A stretch of 64,000 nt of DNA, from the sequence record MW021758.1; one strand, written 5' to 3'. Shown one piece after another: positions 20,829-31,058 of the stretch. The first letter of the stretch is position 1; each line of letters opens with the position of its first letter. The notes under the pieces were generated by a model. It was not told where the DNA came from. It worked only from the letters and a program-made list of their open reading frames with translations, and searched no databases. A program made the translations under genes and the position numbers.

Positions 20829-22064
20829 TTACAAGTAAGCGTTAATCGAACGGTTGCACATGGACTGTACGATGCGCAGGTAAGTGATTGTCAACGAGAT
20901 AATCGGTAAGGTAGGCTGGCGGCTCCATGAAGCGTAAGCATTACCGTAGTTGTACAATGCATTCTTAGCTGCTCCCTGACGGTTGTCTGAGATATCGTTT
21001 TCCAGGTTACCGGACATGACTTTAGCTGAACGCACTAACGTCAGAGTATCCTCTGCCAGTTTGTTCAATTTGTTACGTTCGCGGTAACGACGGATGATCT
21101 CCGTAATGCGCAGGCTGACATCCATGAGTTCGCGAATCTGATCTACCGTAAAGACATCTACTTCAGTTGCCCCTTCGGTTTCAACAACACCTGAGTTAAA
21201 GGTAAAGCCTGAGCGTTGAAGTGCGCGAGCTTTATTAACTTGGGAGCGTACATCTTTGGAGTCGATCAGATTGAAGACCAGTGTACCGTTAGCGGGTAAT
21301 TGGACTTCCTTACGCAGGTTAGGGTGAACACTCGCCATTAGCTGGCTAGTGATGTCGTTAGCGCTAAGCAGGCTAGTCTCGATCTCTTGTGCATTCTCTG
21401 GGTTGGTTGAACTCAGAGTTTTGTTCAGGATACGGAGTACTTCATCGCCGGACTTAACAACGTCGATCGCCCAAGTGCTCAGCAATGACTCCACTGTGTG
21501 CTCGAGTTCTTTTAAGCTCTCGTAGATGCTAGAGAACTTATCAGTCTTCTTACCGCGGAAGTTAAGGTAACGTGCAGCGGTGATACCTGAGTCGAACTTG
21601 GATACCTTCGGTTGAGTACCGATGATATCTTTAGCACGTTCACGAGTTGCATTAGCGCCAGCAGAAACGCCAGAGACACGCGTACCCATGTTTTCCCAGA
21701 AATCGGTAATCAGTCTCCACAGACGAACCAACAGGTCGCGAGCAGAAACTTTCATGTTACGCGCTAGGTCAGCAAACGCTTCCATGGAGATAGTACCATC
21801 TGCCGATTCCATCGACGGCATTCCGCCGTTGTTGATATCGCCAAACAACGCAGCAGTAGCTTGGCTGATGAGTGCTAGCTCGTGTTGCGTCACGTCCCCT
21901 TCGTGATCTACGCCTTCTTCGACTTCATCGTAAAGATCGGTGCGACGACCGATCTCTTGGATTTCATCATCAATAGCTTCCGACTCCAAACCGATTCGTT
22001 CAGATTCAGATTCAGCTAACAGAAGATCGTAAGGGGAGACGTTAATCTCAAAACCCTCGTCCAT
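20829..22064 (-). CDS. Internal head protein paralog (phiKZ gp93-97 / SPN3US gp53-54-like family)
   Basis: Acidic N-terminal propeptide with LAE-S, GLE-S, SME-S and SME-A sites, followed by an amphipathic helix shared with the neighbours. Confidence 0.65.
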   Translation of the reverse strand: MDEGFEINVSPYDLLLAESESERIGLESEAIDDEIQEIGRRTDLYDEVEEGVDHEGDVTQHELALISQATAALFGDINNGGMPSMESADGTISMEAFADLARNMKVSARDLLVRLWRLITDFWENMGTRVSGVSAGANATRERAKDIIGTQPKVSKFDSGITAARYLNFRGKKTDKFSSIYESLKELEHTVESLLSTWAIDVVKSGDEVLRILNKTLSSTNPENAQEIETSLLSANDITSQLMASVHPNLRKEVQLPANGTLVFNLIDSKDVRSQVNKARALQRSGFTFNSGVVETEGATEVDVFTVDQIRELMDVSLRITEIIRRYRERNKLNKLAEDTLTLVRSAKVMSGNLENDISDNRQGAAKNALYNYGNAYASWSRQPTLPIISLTITYLRIVQSMCNRSINAYL

Positions 22065-22065
22065 C

Positions 22066-23247
22066 TTAAGCCTCTGCGTTGTTCAGTTCGTTTACGTAAG
22101 CCAAAGAAGACTTGGCCGTAGAGATCAAGTAATCGCTGAAGTGGAAACCTAAACCGTTGATCATGGTCAGCACAACGGAGAACAGGGAACGTACTGCACG
22201 AGCCTGAGCCGCGTCAGCGTCTTCTTCCAGATAGACTTTAGCTGCTGCGTCGGCCTTCTTGAGGAATTCGTTTTCCAGTCGTTCTTCGGCCTGACGTTGG
22301 CTGTTAGAGGCTTTTACAGACTTAGCCAGGTTCACAGCTGCGTCGATGATTGAAACCGCTGTGCGCTGATCTACGGATGGCAGGGAGCCTTCGTAAGTTT
22401 CTTTATTACCGTCCTGATAGAAACGGATTTTAGAACGCTTAGCGTAATCGACTACCGCTTGGAGGTTCTCGATCTCGGAGTTCGTGTAGTGAGTATCGCG
22501 TTTAGCTTTCACCGACACGAAGCAGTAGTTACCCAGGAAAGTATCCGACATACGCAGCTCGTCTACTTCACGGAGATCCATGCCGAAAAGATCTTCTGAT
22601 ACATTCGGGTTTACTTTGGTCTTGCAGATGATTGGGAATGCATCTACGTAACCTTCTACCGCTTTACTCGCCTGACGGAAATCCAACTTGGTCAAGTCGT
22701 TAGTCAAATCACGCGCAGAGGTCTGGCCTTGCTTAGTGAAACGTTCCATCCCGACTTCGTTGATCTTACGCAGCTCTTCCAACTGACGAGCCAAGTCGTT
22801 GACCGGCTGACCGTCAATGGCCAATAGATTGGCGTGTTTGATTTCAACATCGCTACCGCCAAAGTTACTGTTGGCTTCTACCGACTTACGAAGGATATCA
22901 GCGTGCTTAACCAAACCGTCAATGCCTTGCAGGGTAGTACGTACCCAGGACATGATAGTACGGCGCATTTTGATAACCCAAGCCTTGAGTTGTTCCCACC
23001 ATTGTTTCAGGGTGGAACGGATGGATTCCAGTGCGATTTGTTTCATACCCAGGCCGTCGCCTTCTGGCGCAGGTGGAAGAACCATATCGTAACTTGGAGC
23101 CATCTCTGCTAAGATCTCATACGCGTCCGGAGACATACCCGATTCGCAATCGCAATCTTCACAGGCCACTTCCAGAGAGTGCAGTTCATTTAACCGCTTC
23201 TGCATATGCGGAGGGACAATCCCCGTTTTATCTTCCAGGATGCTCAT
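22066..23247 (-). CDS. Internal head protein paralog
   Basis: Acidic propeptide followed by ALE-SIRSTLKQWWEQLKAWV, the family signature. Confidence 0.7.
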   Translation of the reverse strand: MSILEDKTGIVPPHMQKRLNELHSLEVACEDCDCESGMSPDAYEILAEMAPSYDMVLPPAPEGDGLGMKQIALESIRSTLKQWWEQLKAWVIKMRRTIMSWVRTTLQGIDGLVKHADILRKSVEANSNFGGSDVEIKHANLLAIDGQPVNDLARQLEELRKINEVGMERFTKQGQTSARDLTNDLTKLDFRQASKAVEGYVDAFPIICKTKVNPNVSEDLFGMDLREVDELRMSDTFLGNYCFVSVKAKRDTHYTNSEIENLQAVVDYAKRSKIRFYQDGNKETYEGSLPSVDQRTAVSIIDAAVNLAKSVKASNSQRQAEERLENEFLKKADAAAKVYLEEDADAAQARAVRSLFSVVLTMINGLGFHFSDYLISTAKSSLAYVNELNNAEA

Positions 23248-23249
23248 TG

Positions 23250-24452
23250 TTAAGCCTTATGAGTTAGTGCTGGGTAGTTTGGTACGTCTTCCTCTTCCGT
23301 GACCTGACCCAGCGATGCGTTTACGTAGTCCAGTGCGGCGTTGGCTAAAGACGTCAGGTAGCTCATGACTTTACCAGAGTCGAAGTTAATCAGAGCAATC
23401 AGGCCGCGAGAGATATTAATCGCCTCGTAGACGTAGTAGTCGCTCTTAAATGCTTTCTCCGCCATTCTGGTCACGCCACGAATAAGTTCGGCTGCCGGGA
23501 ATTTAGAGAAGGACTCTTTAATCTGAATGATCTTCTCGACTTCCTTCAATACATCTTCCGCACCTTTCTTATCCAAGGCTTCAGCTGCACGAATATCTTT
23601 ACCCTGATCCGCTACATGAGCGAGATGTGGGTATAGATATTTCAATGCGTCGCTAAGACGGCCAATGGCTTGAGTTTCGGTGACGCCTTCATCATTAAAC
23701 CGGATGATCGGAGTATGGTTAACCATCAGCGTAAAGATAGCGTAGTTACCCGGCATAAGCTCGGATGAAACCATGTGAGCATCATCGAACTTAACGTTAA
23801 AGGAACTCGGTAAACCAAGACGACGAACTACTTCATTAGATTGACGATATCCTTTGAAAGTATTCTCGATGCGATTAGCAAGAGGTTTGAGAGTCTCTAT
23901 CATTTCCTTACGGAACTCGACAGTATCGTCACGAAGCCCTTCGCTATGGCCAGGGTGCTCAGTAATGAAGTCTTCGGCCATGGCAATCAACTTCTTAACA
24001 GTTGCCACAGAGTCTTTACGAGAGTCGATGTAGAAACTGTTGATCATGTCAACGGCCTGGTTCAGGCGGAATGCAATACCATCACCCAAAGTACCGTCTA
24101 CTGCTAAACGATTAGCTGAGCGGAACTTCACTTCACCGTGGCGGAACTCTCCTTCTGAAACGGCAGTCTTCGCTTTCTCCAAACGATGCTTCAGTTTCAA
24201 TATCGAAGGGTTGTATTGGCGCATCCAGTCTTTTGCCTTGGCGTACATTTCCTGCAGCCATTTGATCAGACGTTTGATGAGCTCTTTAGCTTTGTCCTTG
24301 ACAGACTCAACCGATACCTCAGTACCTGTTGGATTACCCAAGTAAAGGTTGGCAATCTCTTTGGCATCTTCCGGAATAGTTTCACCGAATGATTCCAACG
24401 CGATTCGCATCTCGTTCAGGTTGTCTGCATCACTTGCAATTTTATCGATCAT
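23250..24452 (-). CDS. Internal head protein paralog
   Basis: ALE-S and SVE-S sites, an amphipathic helix, and the shared ANRLAVDG motif (compare ANLLAIDG and IGKLAIDG in the paralogs). Confidence 0.7.
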   Translation of the reverse strand: MIDKIASDADNLNEMRIALESFGETIPEDAKEIANLYLGNPTGTEVSVESVKDKAKELIKRLIKWLQEMYAKAKDWMRQYNPSILKLKHRLEKAKTAVSEGEFRHGEVKFRSANRLAVDGTLGDGIAFRLNQAVDMINSFYIDSRKDSVATVKKLIAMAEDFITEHPGHSEGLRDDTVEFRKEMIETLKPLANRIENTFKGYRQSNEVVRRLGLPSSFNVKFDDAHMVSSELMPGNYAIFTLMVNHTPIIRFNDEGVTETQAIGRLSDALKYLYPHLAHVADQGKDIRAAEALDKKGAEDVLKEVEKIIQIKESFSKFPAAELIRGVTRMAEKAFKSDYYVYEAINISRGLIALINFDSGKVMSYLTSLANAALDYVNASLGQVTEEEDVPNYPALTHKA

Positions 24453-24479
24453 TTCTTCTTACCATCTTAAAGTTGATCT

Positions 24480-24503
24480 TAGGGCGAGTTAATCCTCGCC
24501 CTA
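24480..24503. terminator. Hairpin between head-protein paralogs
   Basis: TAGGGCGAG-TTAATC-CTCGCCCTA. Confidence 0.6.
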
Positions 24504-24510
24504 TTTGTTT

Positions 24511-25965
24511 TTATTCAGCAACGCCAGACAGATCTGTCGACTTGGCTTTCAGGGACTTCTCGGCATACTCCAGAGAGATACGTGCCATGTTACCGAAGTA
24601 AGAAGCCAGTTTGGTACTTGGGCCAGACAGACGGGAAGCAACGGAGCTGGTGATGGTACGAAGAGACGAAACAACGGAACCTACGTTCTGGTCTTCGTCG
24701 TCACCATTCACGTTCTGAAGATGAGAACCAGCACGGTTCAATTCATTCAGCGTACTCTGACGATCGGATACCAAACCTTCCAGGCCACGGAGAACTTCAC
24801 CGATGTTCTTAACAGACTCGGCAACTGCACGACAATCAGCAGCAGAGAGACGATTAAATTCGTTCTCTTCTTCTTCGTTTACACCGGAAGTACCCATGTT
24901 CCATTTCTTAGACTCTTCCGTATCGTCCAGGAACTCAATGCGCCAGTTACGGACTGCGTTAGCCACGTTGCGCATGTACTCTACCGGCTGAGCCGACTCA
25001 TTCGCTTTAACGTGTACAGCAGCGATAGTGCAGTTACCCAGCAGCTTGTCTGAAATGTAAGTCTCAGCAAAGATACCTTCGTTACCACGCAGTAAGATTT
25101 CGGCGATGCTAGGATCTTCCGACTTCTTCATGAATGAAGACATTGAGTTAATTGGCGGCTCAATGGTTTTGTTGATCTTATCTGCAGTGTTACCTACAGA
25201 GTCAGCGTTGGCTGGATCTACAGAAGCAACCAGGCTGGCGATAGTTTTCCCGTTGTCGATAGCAGCTTTCTGAATATCGATGAAGGAAGCACGGCAGATA
25301 TTAGCCAGGTCACGCAGATGACGCGGTACGTCGGTGACTTGTCCGTCAATTGCCAGTTTACCGATACGGTTGGACTTAATGCGATCGTCCCCTGGAGTAC
25401 GGTCATCAGCATTATCCAGAATGATCTGGGCACGACTTACCAGACGGTCTGCACCAGTAAGTACACGCTGCGCCCATTGTTCCAGGTGCTGACCCATGTT
25501 CTTCAGCCATTCGCGGAAACGAGCCCACCACTCACGGATAGCTTCTTTAAAGCCTTCCAGCGCAACGGCACTTTGGCTACTACCCAAAGCATCGTACGAT
25601 TCGTTAGAAACATACATCTGCACCGGGATACCTTCTTTCTCTGCGAAGAGATTAAGGAATGTAGCGGCTTCGAGTGACACACCGCGCGGCATGTTTTTCT
25701 CGATAGTGTTGACGACGCCTTCGTAGGTTTTGATCTTGTCGTTGAAATCGGTTTCTTCAACGATAGAGGAGAAGTCCATATCTTTCGGAATGTCCAGATT
25801 AGCAATGTGCTGTGGTGCGAATGTACCATCTGGGATTTTAACCGGGCCAGTGTCTTTTGGAACTAGCTCGCCTTGATGATCGATGATGTGGACGTCTTGT
25901 GAATCTGATTCGACAGACACACTTGGACGACTTGCCAATGTCTGACGATAGCGATTAATCTTCAT
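24511..25965 (-). CDS. Internal head protein paralog
   Basis: SVE-S, SLE-A, SNE-S and ALE-G sites. Clear local similarity to the 26061-28334 product. Confidence 0.7.
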   Translation of the reverse strand: MKINRYRQTLASRPSVSVESDSQDVHIIDHQGELVPKDTGPVKIPDGTFAPQHIANLDIPKDMDFSSIVEETDFNDKIKTYEGVVNTIEKNMPRGVSLEAATFLNLFAEKEGIPVQMYVSNESYDALGSSQSAVALEGFKEAIREWWARFREWLKNMGQHLEQWAQRVLTGADRLVSRAQIILDNADDRTPGDDRIKSNRIGKLAIDGQVTDVPRHLRDLANICRASFIDIQKAAIDNGKTIASLVASVDPANADSVGNTADKINKTIEPPINSMSSFMKKSEDPSIAEILLRGNEGIFAETYISDKLLGNCTIAAVHVKANESAQPVEYMRNVANAVRNWRIEFLDDTEESKKWNMGTSGVNEEEENEFNRLSAADCRAVAESVKNIGEVLRGLEGLVSDRQSTLNELNRAGSHLQNVNGDDEDQNVGSVVSSLRTITSSVASRLSGPSTKLASYFGNMARISLEYAEKSLKAKSTDLSGVAE

Positions 25966-26005
25966 GATTTCTCTGCCCTAGAGGAGGAGGATGAACATAG
26001 AAAAC

Positions 26006-26031
26006 CAGGGAGGGAGAAACCTCCCTCCCTG
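26006..26031. terminator. Hairpin between head-protein paralogs
   Basis: CAGGGAGGGAG-AAAC-CTCCCTCCCTG. Confidence 0.65.
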
Positions 26032-26060
26032 ATCTTTACTACGTGATGGTCGAGGTACTA

Positions 26061-28334
26061 TTACGCTTCTTCGCTTTGTTCAGCAGCACCTGCTTTAGGC
26101 AGAGACTGACGAGCAGCACTCAGTGCAGCGCGAGCAACAGCCGCGAAGTACTTCATGGAGCGAGAGAACGGAGTAGACATCTCTTTTTGCAGAGACATCA
26201 CGACAGAACGCAGTTCGCTTACCAGCTCGCTGTTGGTGCTGTCTTCTTCGGCCAGTTTAACCAGATGTTCGCCGGCAGCGTCAACTTTATCAGCTGCAGT
26301 TTTGCACGGTGCTTCCATCTTCTTGGTTTCTTCGATAGCGTCCAGCAGAGCCAGTACCGCTTTCGCAGTATCAACCGCATCGCCCAGTTTCAGAGCTTTG
26401 ACAGTCAGGTCAGCCGGAGTTTCTTCGGTTACTGGTACGAATGCCAGGCACTCGTCGCCGGTGGCGAAGTCAGACAGAGTTACGTCGGAGTTATGGTCAC
26501 CAACTTTACCGCGCAGTACACGTTCACCGATCTGAACTTTGGATTGACGGAAGCCGTCAGTCGCACCTGGTTCGTTCAGTTTAGAACGGAACGCAGCGTC
26601 AGCCGATTCGAATGCACGAGCGATTTCAGTTGCAACGGCGCCTTTCTCTTCGTCGCCTTTCAGATCAGCGATTACGGTAGCAGCTTTGCCACAACCTTCC
26701 ATGCAGGCGTTGCCCAGTGGAACGTATACGCGTCCGATCAGTTGAGCCAGCTCAGTTACGTCACGAGCGATATCGGTAGAGATCGCGCCGTCCTTAACCA
26801 GAGCGGAAGGATCTTTAACTTCGATGTCGCCAGTAGCGTCGGTGGTCAGGCCTTCTGCATCTTTGATGATTGCTTCTGCTTCTTTACGCATAGCAGCGCT
26901 TGCATCAAACAGAGACTTCAGCCACGCAGCCAGACGATCGCGTTGCTCTTTAGCCCACTTAACCAGGTCAGCCCACCATTGACGCAGAGACTCTTTGATG
27001 CTCTCCAGCGCGATGCGGGTCTGAGAACGAGCGTAACCGCCGTAGGACTCAGTAGCGACGTTCATGCCAGCCGGGATACCGTCACGTTGAGTGAAGATGT
27101 TCAGCAGGGCAGCAGCTTCTACAGAGATCCCGCCGTTAGCCAGTGCGTTGTCCAGTACAGCTACAACTTCTGGGTAGGTCTGTACGGCTTCGCTCAGGAT
27201 TTCGTAGGTAGGCTCTTGCTCAACGATATCGGTTTCGATAACGTCGGCAGATTCGAACGCTTCGTCTACTTCGGTAGCCGCTGGAACAACGCCATCGGTG
27301 GCGTCAGCAACAGCAACGAAGTCAGGGGTAGCTTCCGGGCCTTCTACTACAGCAACCGGTGCGGCTTCAGGTTCAGCTACGATAGCAGCCGTGGTATCAG
27401 CAGTACCATCAGTCGCGGCGCCAGTAGCAACAACGATTTCGGTTTCGCCAACAGGCTCTTCGAACTGGACTTCGGCAACAACAGGTTCACCTGGTTCGTT
27501 AACTTCAACCGGAACAACTACGTCGTCGCCAACTGCGATAGCGTCGACCTCGTCAGCTGCGGCGGTATCACCTGCTTCGGTTGGGTCAACTTCTACAGCG
27601 GCCACTTCTACAGGAGCGTCTGCAACTTCAGCGGCAGCTTCAGCTGCGCCTTCTTCGCCTGGTTGGTCTTCGGCTTCGGTAGCTTCGCCTTCAGCGCTGT
27701 TGGCCGGATCGCTTTCAGTATCTGCACCGGCTTCGGCGTTGTCCAGGTTAGCTTCTTCTTCGGCGGCTTCGGCAGTATCGTCAGCAGAGGCTTCGGTGCC
27801 TTCTTCTTCAGTTACCGGGGAATCTACCGGATCTGCTTCCAGGTCAGCTGCAACAGCAGCGGCCGCGTCTTCTTTAGACGGAGCAGTTTCTTCGCCAGTG
27901 GCAACAGCTTCGTTGCTGTCTGCTTCTGGGTCTGGTTTGGTTTCAGTTGGGGCGGTGCCGGTTTCGTCTTCGTTCTCGGTATCCGGAACTTCGGTGTTAC
28001 CTTTATTATCAGCAACTTCGTCACCTTTACCTACAGCACCCGGCAGATCTGCGCCAGCGTCTTTGACAACTGGAGCTTTCTCGTCGGACTGTTCGCCAAC
28101 TACGTTTTTAGGATCCGATTCGCCAGCGACGACCTGGTCTACTTCAGACATAGTGATGTCTTTGGTAGTATCTGGTTTCTGCTCTGCAGTTTGGATACCT
28201 TCGCCGCCGGTAGCGACTTCATCGATGTCAGCGTTCTTTTCAGCCAACTGATCGATTTTAGCCTGATCAATTACTTCAGACTCTACGGCCGGGGCGGAAG
28301 CGCGCTTAGCCAGAATACTTTTTGTAAACTTCAT
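26061..28334 (-). CDS. Internal head protein paralog with a ~420-aa acidic Ala/Glu/Asp-rich propeptide
   Basis: Low-complexity acidic N-terminal region, then ATE-S and ALE-SIKESLRQWWADLVKW. Strong codon bias. Confidence 0.75.
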   Translation of the reverse strand: MKFTKSILAKRASAPAVESEVIDQAKIDQLAEKNADIDEVATGGEGIQTAEQKPDTTKDITMSEVDQVVAGESDPKNVVGEQSDEKAPVVKDAGADLPGAVGKGDEVADNKGNTEVPDTENEDETGTAPTETKPDPEADSNEAVATGEETAPSKEDAAAAVAADLEADPVDSPVTEEEGTEASADDTAEAAEEEANLDNAEAGADTESDPANSAEGEATEAEDQPGEEGAAEAAAEVADAPVEVAAVEVDPTEAGDTAAADEVDAIAVGDDVVVPVEVNEPGEPVVAEVQFEEPVGETEIVVATGAATDGTADTTAAIVAEPEAAPVAVVEGPEATPDFVAVADATDGVVPAATEVDEAFESADVIETDIVEQEPTYEILSEAVQTYPEVVAVLDNALANGGISVEAAALLNIFTQRDGIPAGMNVATESYGGYARSQTRIALESIKESLRQWWADLVKWAKEQRDRLAAWLKSLFDASAAMRKEAEAIIKDAEGLTTDATGDIEVKDPSALVKDGAISTDIARDVTELAQLIGRVYVPLGNACMEGCGKAATVIADLKGDEEKGAVATEIARAFESADAAFRSKLNEPGATDGFRQSKVQIGERVLRGKVGDHNSDVTLSDFATGDECLAFVPVTEETPADLTVKALKLGDAVDTAKAVLALLDAIEETKKMEAPCKTAADKVDAAGEHLVKLAEEDSTNSELVSELRSVVMSLQKEMSTPFSRSMKYFAAVARAALSAARQSLPKAGAAEQSEEA

Positions 28335-28345
28335 CGATTAACTCC

Positions 28346-28885
28346 TCAGATACTAAGATTTCGTGTACTATAAGCCTCGGCGTCGATATCGCCGAAGAGT
28401 ACGTTAAGCGTACATACCATATCGTTAAAGCCACCATCGTGCTTCAACCAGTGCCACATGTAATCCTCTGCCTTTACGGTCAGCATTTTACGCAGTGACG
28501 GCGTGTGGTGCGACGGGATAAACGTGGGTATGTTATCCATCGATCGCTCAGTAGCCAAGCAGGCTATCCGAACCGTAAGAGACATCGGGCGTTTGCCCGT
28601 GTTGATGTAAGTTACGGTATCTTCGAGAAACGCACGCATCTGCTTGGACAACTTGGTGTTGTTATCCTGAGCAGCCAACCAGTCCGGGAAATAACGCAGA
28701 CGGTCTAATGCGCGGTTAATGACTTTACGGCGAAAAGCCCAAACGTTCGTAGCTTCACCCCGATCCGTGAGCATCTGTTGCCAAGACTCCATGATCAGTT
28801 GGTCTGGAACAGGCTCAGTTTTTTGCTCGCCGTATAATGGGCTACGAAAGCCCATCGGCGTATATTGGAAAGATTGCAGCTTCAT
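28346..28885 (-). CDS. Hypothetical protein in the head operon
   Basis: 179 aa, 1 nt from the upstream gene. Confidence 0.7.
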   Translation of the reverse strand: MKLQSFQYTPMGFRSPLYGEQKTEPVPDQLIMESWQQMLTDRGEATNVWAFRRKVINRALDRLRYFPDWLAAQDNNTKLSKQMRAFLEDTVTYINTGKRPMSLTVRIACLATERSMDNIPTFIPSHHTPSLRKMLTVKAEDYMWHWLKHDGGFNDMVCTLNVLFGDIDAEAYSTRNLSI

Positions 28886-28886
28886 A

Positions 28887-29801
28887 TCAGATGCCGTATT
28901 CCTTTTCCCACTTAACCAGTTTATAGTTCAGGTCGCGCAGACGTTTCTCGGTAACTTCGATAGTACGGTCTTGTGCCGCATCGTTGTTACCGTTACGTGC
29001 ACCGCGCAACTGAGCCAGACGGAGTTCCAGTGCAGTCTTTTCTTCTTTGGCTGCATTGTAACGGTTAGCCTGGTATTCTACGATACCAGAACCAATCCAC
29101 CAGATCAGATCGGAAACAACCGGAACCCAACCAGTCTGCAGACGCAGCGGGTCGACTTTGGCTTGGCCGATAGTAGCTTCAACATCAGCTTCTTTATCCG
29201 GGTCGTAAACGATATCCGGAACGGCATCCAGGGTGTTCAGGATCTGACGCATTGGCTGAGCGAATACTTTCGCACAACGAGAGAAGTTAACCAGGTTATC
29301 TTCCAGCCATTTCACTTCACCTTTAGTGAAGGGTTCTGGCATACCTGCTTGATCGCGAGAAGCGGCAGGGATTTCTTTACCGTAGATGTACAGGAGTACA
29401 CGGCGGCTATATTGGCAGAAGAACTCGGTCAGACCAATCAAACGGATCAGGGTGATCTTGTTGTAAGTCAGGCCGGCTTTAACTACGCTGTTGCTCTTGA
29501 AAGAGTTCTCAACGTAAGTTTCCAGTTCAGGCATCCCTTCAGCCATTGAGCTCAGGATGCGAGCCAACGCTTCGACCATGTTGATGCGCGTGTTTGCTTC
29601 GCGCATGAATACGGAGTTGATGCGCTTAACCTGGGCAGACTTGAATGGGTTCGGGCCTGGGAAGACTTTCTGTTCAGCAGTGTCTTTGAATACCGGCAGA
29701 GTTTCCTCTATCAGTTGACGACGAGCCAGTTCCAGTTCATCGAGTACACGAGAGCGCTCGAAGTTAGGAACCAACGATTTGAAGAATCCACTTAATTTCA
29801 T
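28887..29801 (-). CDS. Virion head/inner-body protein (phiKZ gp90-like by position and size)
   Basis: 304 aa with strong codon bias and a C-terminal coiled coil. Confidence 0.5.
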   Translation of the reverse strand: MKLSGFFKSLVPNFERSRVLDELELARRQLIEETLPVFKDTAEQKVFPGPNPFKSAQVKRINSVFMREANTRINMVEALARILSSMAEGMPELETYVENSFKSNSVVKAGLTYNKITLIRLIGLTEFFCQYSRRVLLYIYGKEIPAASRDQAGMPEPFTKGEVKWLEDNLVNFSRCAKVFAQPMRQILNTLDAVPDIVYDPDKEADVEATIGQAKVDPLRLQTGWVPVVSDLIWWIGSGIVEYQANRYNAAKEEKTALELRLAQLRGARNGNNDAAQDRTIEVTEKRLRDLNYKLVKWEKEYGI

Positions 29802-29812
29802 TTTCGGTTCCT

Positions 29813-31030
29813 TTAGAAAGTAGGGGCTTTAGTCTGCTTGTACATTTCAAACAGCTTCATGACGTCAGGGCCATTACCTTTACCGGCGTTTTTCATGGAA
29901 TCCACTGACATAACAGTAGCGCCAGGAACGCCGCGGTGGTAGATGGTTACTTGATTGTAGTCACGATCAACTACGACCAGGAGCATCTGAGAGCTGTTGT
30001 CTTCCATGATACTGCGGCCGCGAGAGGTATTCAGTTTGATACCCAATTCACGTTCGATGGCGATTGCCGTCTCTTCAGTGATCACGTTAATCTGGGACGC
30101 CTGGGCTACAGACGGACGACCAGACAGGAAACCGGAAATGGTGTTGTTGCGCTTGTCGTTCAGAGACTTCAGGTACAGACCGGTAGGATCTTTCAGGATC
30201 TTCTTACGGTGCGCGTCCAGCAGATCGCCCACGCCGATGAAATCTTTCAGGAAACGCAAGTTGCCTGCTTTCATCTCGTAGTAACGTTCTTTGGTGCTGC
30301 GGTTTTGTGCGCCGGCGGTCAGAATGTTGGTCATAGCGACCGAAGGAACCGGGATGGTATGTAACCGAACGTTGACAGGTACCTTAAAGGTCTTATCGTC
30401 AACAATGACCGAAACTTCGATCATCTTACCAACAGCCAGGTTGCTGTTTTCCCGCAGGGAGTTCAGCGTCTCACGGTTGGCCAGTTCAACGGTAGAAGGT
30501 TTCTTACCTGGACCACCTTCACTTTCCAGTGCAGGCAGACCGAAACGGAAAGCTTCGTTGGAAACAGCCGGAGCCGATTCAGTTGACACGCTGGTGATTG
30601 CACCGAACGCATATTCAGCCAGAGAGTTGCGCGGATCACGGCGCGGGTTAAATTGTTCCAGGCGTTTCAGTACAGTAACGCCAGCGACTTCTGCGCTCAG
30701 CGCAATAGCTTGAGTGTAGTAGCCTGCGAAGACGTTCAGCAGAGATTGCAGAATATCTTCCATGTACGGTTGCTGGTAGAGAGCAGCATCTACCAAGGTC
30801 AGTGGTTCGACACGGGTAGGTTGAGCGTAATCGATCAGGGAGTCCGCCATCAGTGCGCGAGCTTGCGAGATATCGCTAGCAGAACCCTTAAAGTTATCTA
30901 CGATTGCACCGCCGACCTTTGCGCCAACTTTGGCAGCAGTAGACAATGCTATCGCTTCTGGGATTACGCCTGTCTTCAACCCGCCTACAACATCCATAGG
31001 CGTCAACGGCAAGTTCAGTGATAATTTCAT
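29813..31030 (-). CDS. Virion head/inner-body protein (phiKZ gp89-like by position and size)
   Basis: 405 aa with STE-S, SNE-A and ALE-S sites and strong codon bias. Confidence 0.5.
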   Translation of the reverse strand: MKLSLNLPLTPMDVVGGLKTGVIPEAIALSTAAKVGAKVGGAIVDNFKGSASDISQARALMADSLIDYAQPTRVEPLTLVDAALYQQPYMEDILQSLLNVFAGYYTQAIALSAEVAGVTVLKRLEQFNPRRDPRNSLAEYAFGAITSVSTESAPAVSNEAFRFGLPALESEGGPGKKPSTVELANRETLNSLRENSNLAVGKMIEVSVIVDDKTFKVPVNVRLHTIPVPSVAMTNILTAGAQNRSTKERYYEMKAGNLRFLKDFIGVGDLLDAHRKKILKDPTGLYLKSLNDKRNNTISGFLSGRPSVAQASQINVITEETAIAIERELGIKLNTSRGRSIMEDNSSQMLLVVVDRDYNQVTIYHRGVPGATVMSVDSMKNAGKGNGPDVMKLFEMYKQTKAPTF

Positions 31031-31058
31031 TTCGCTTCCTCTATAGGAGTTTTTTAAA

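Noticed and set aside
26043-28373. 776-aa and 317-aa plus-strand ORFs antisense to the large head protein
   Set aside because: They mirror a low-complexity, codon-biased gene and give Phe/Ser/Cys-rich or Ser/Ala-rich nonsense translations.
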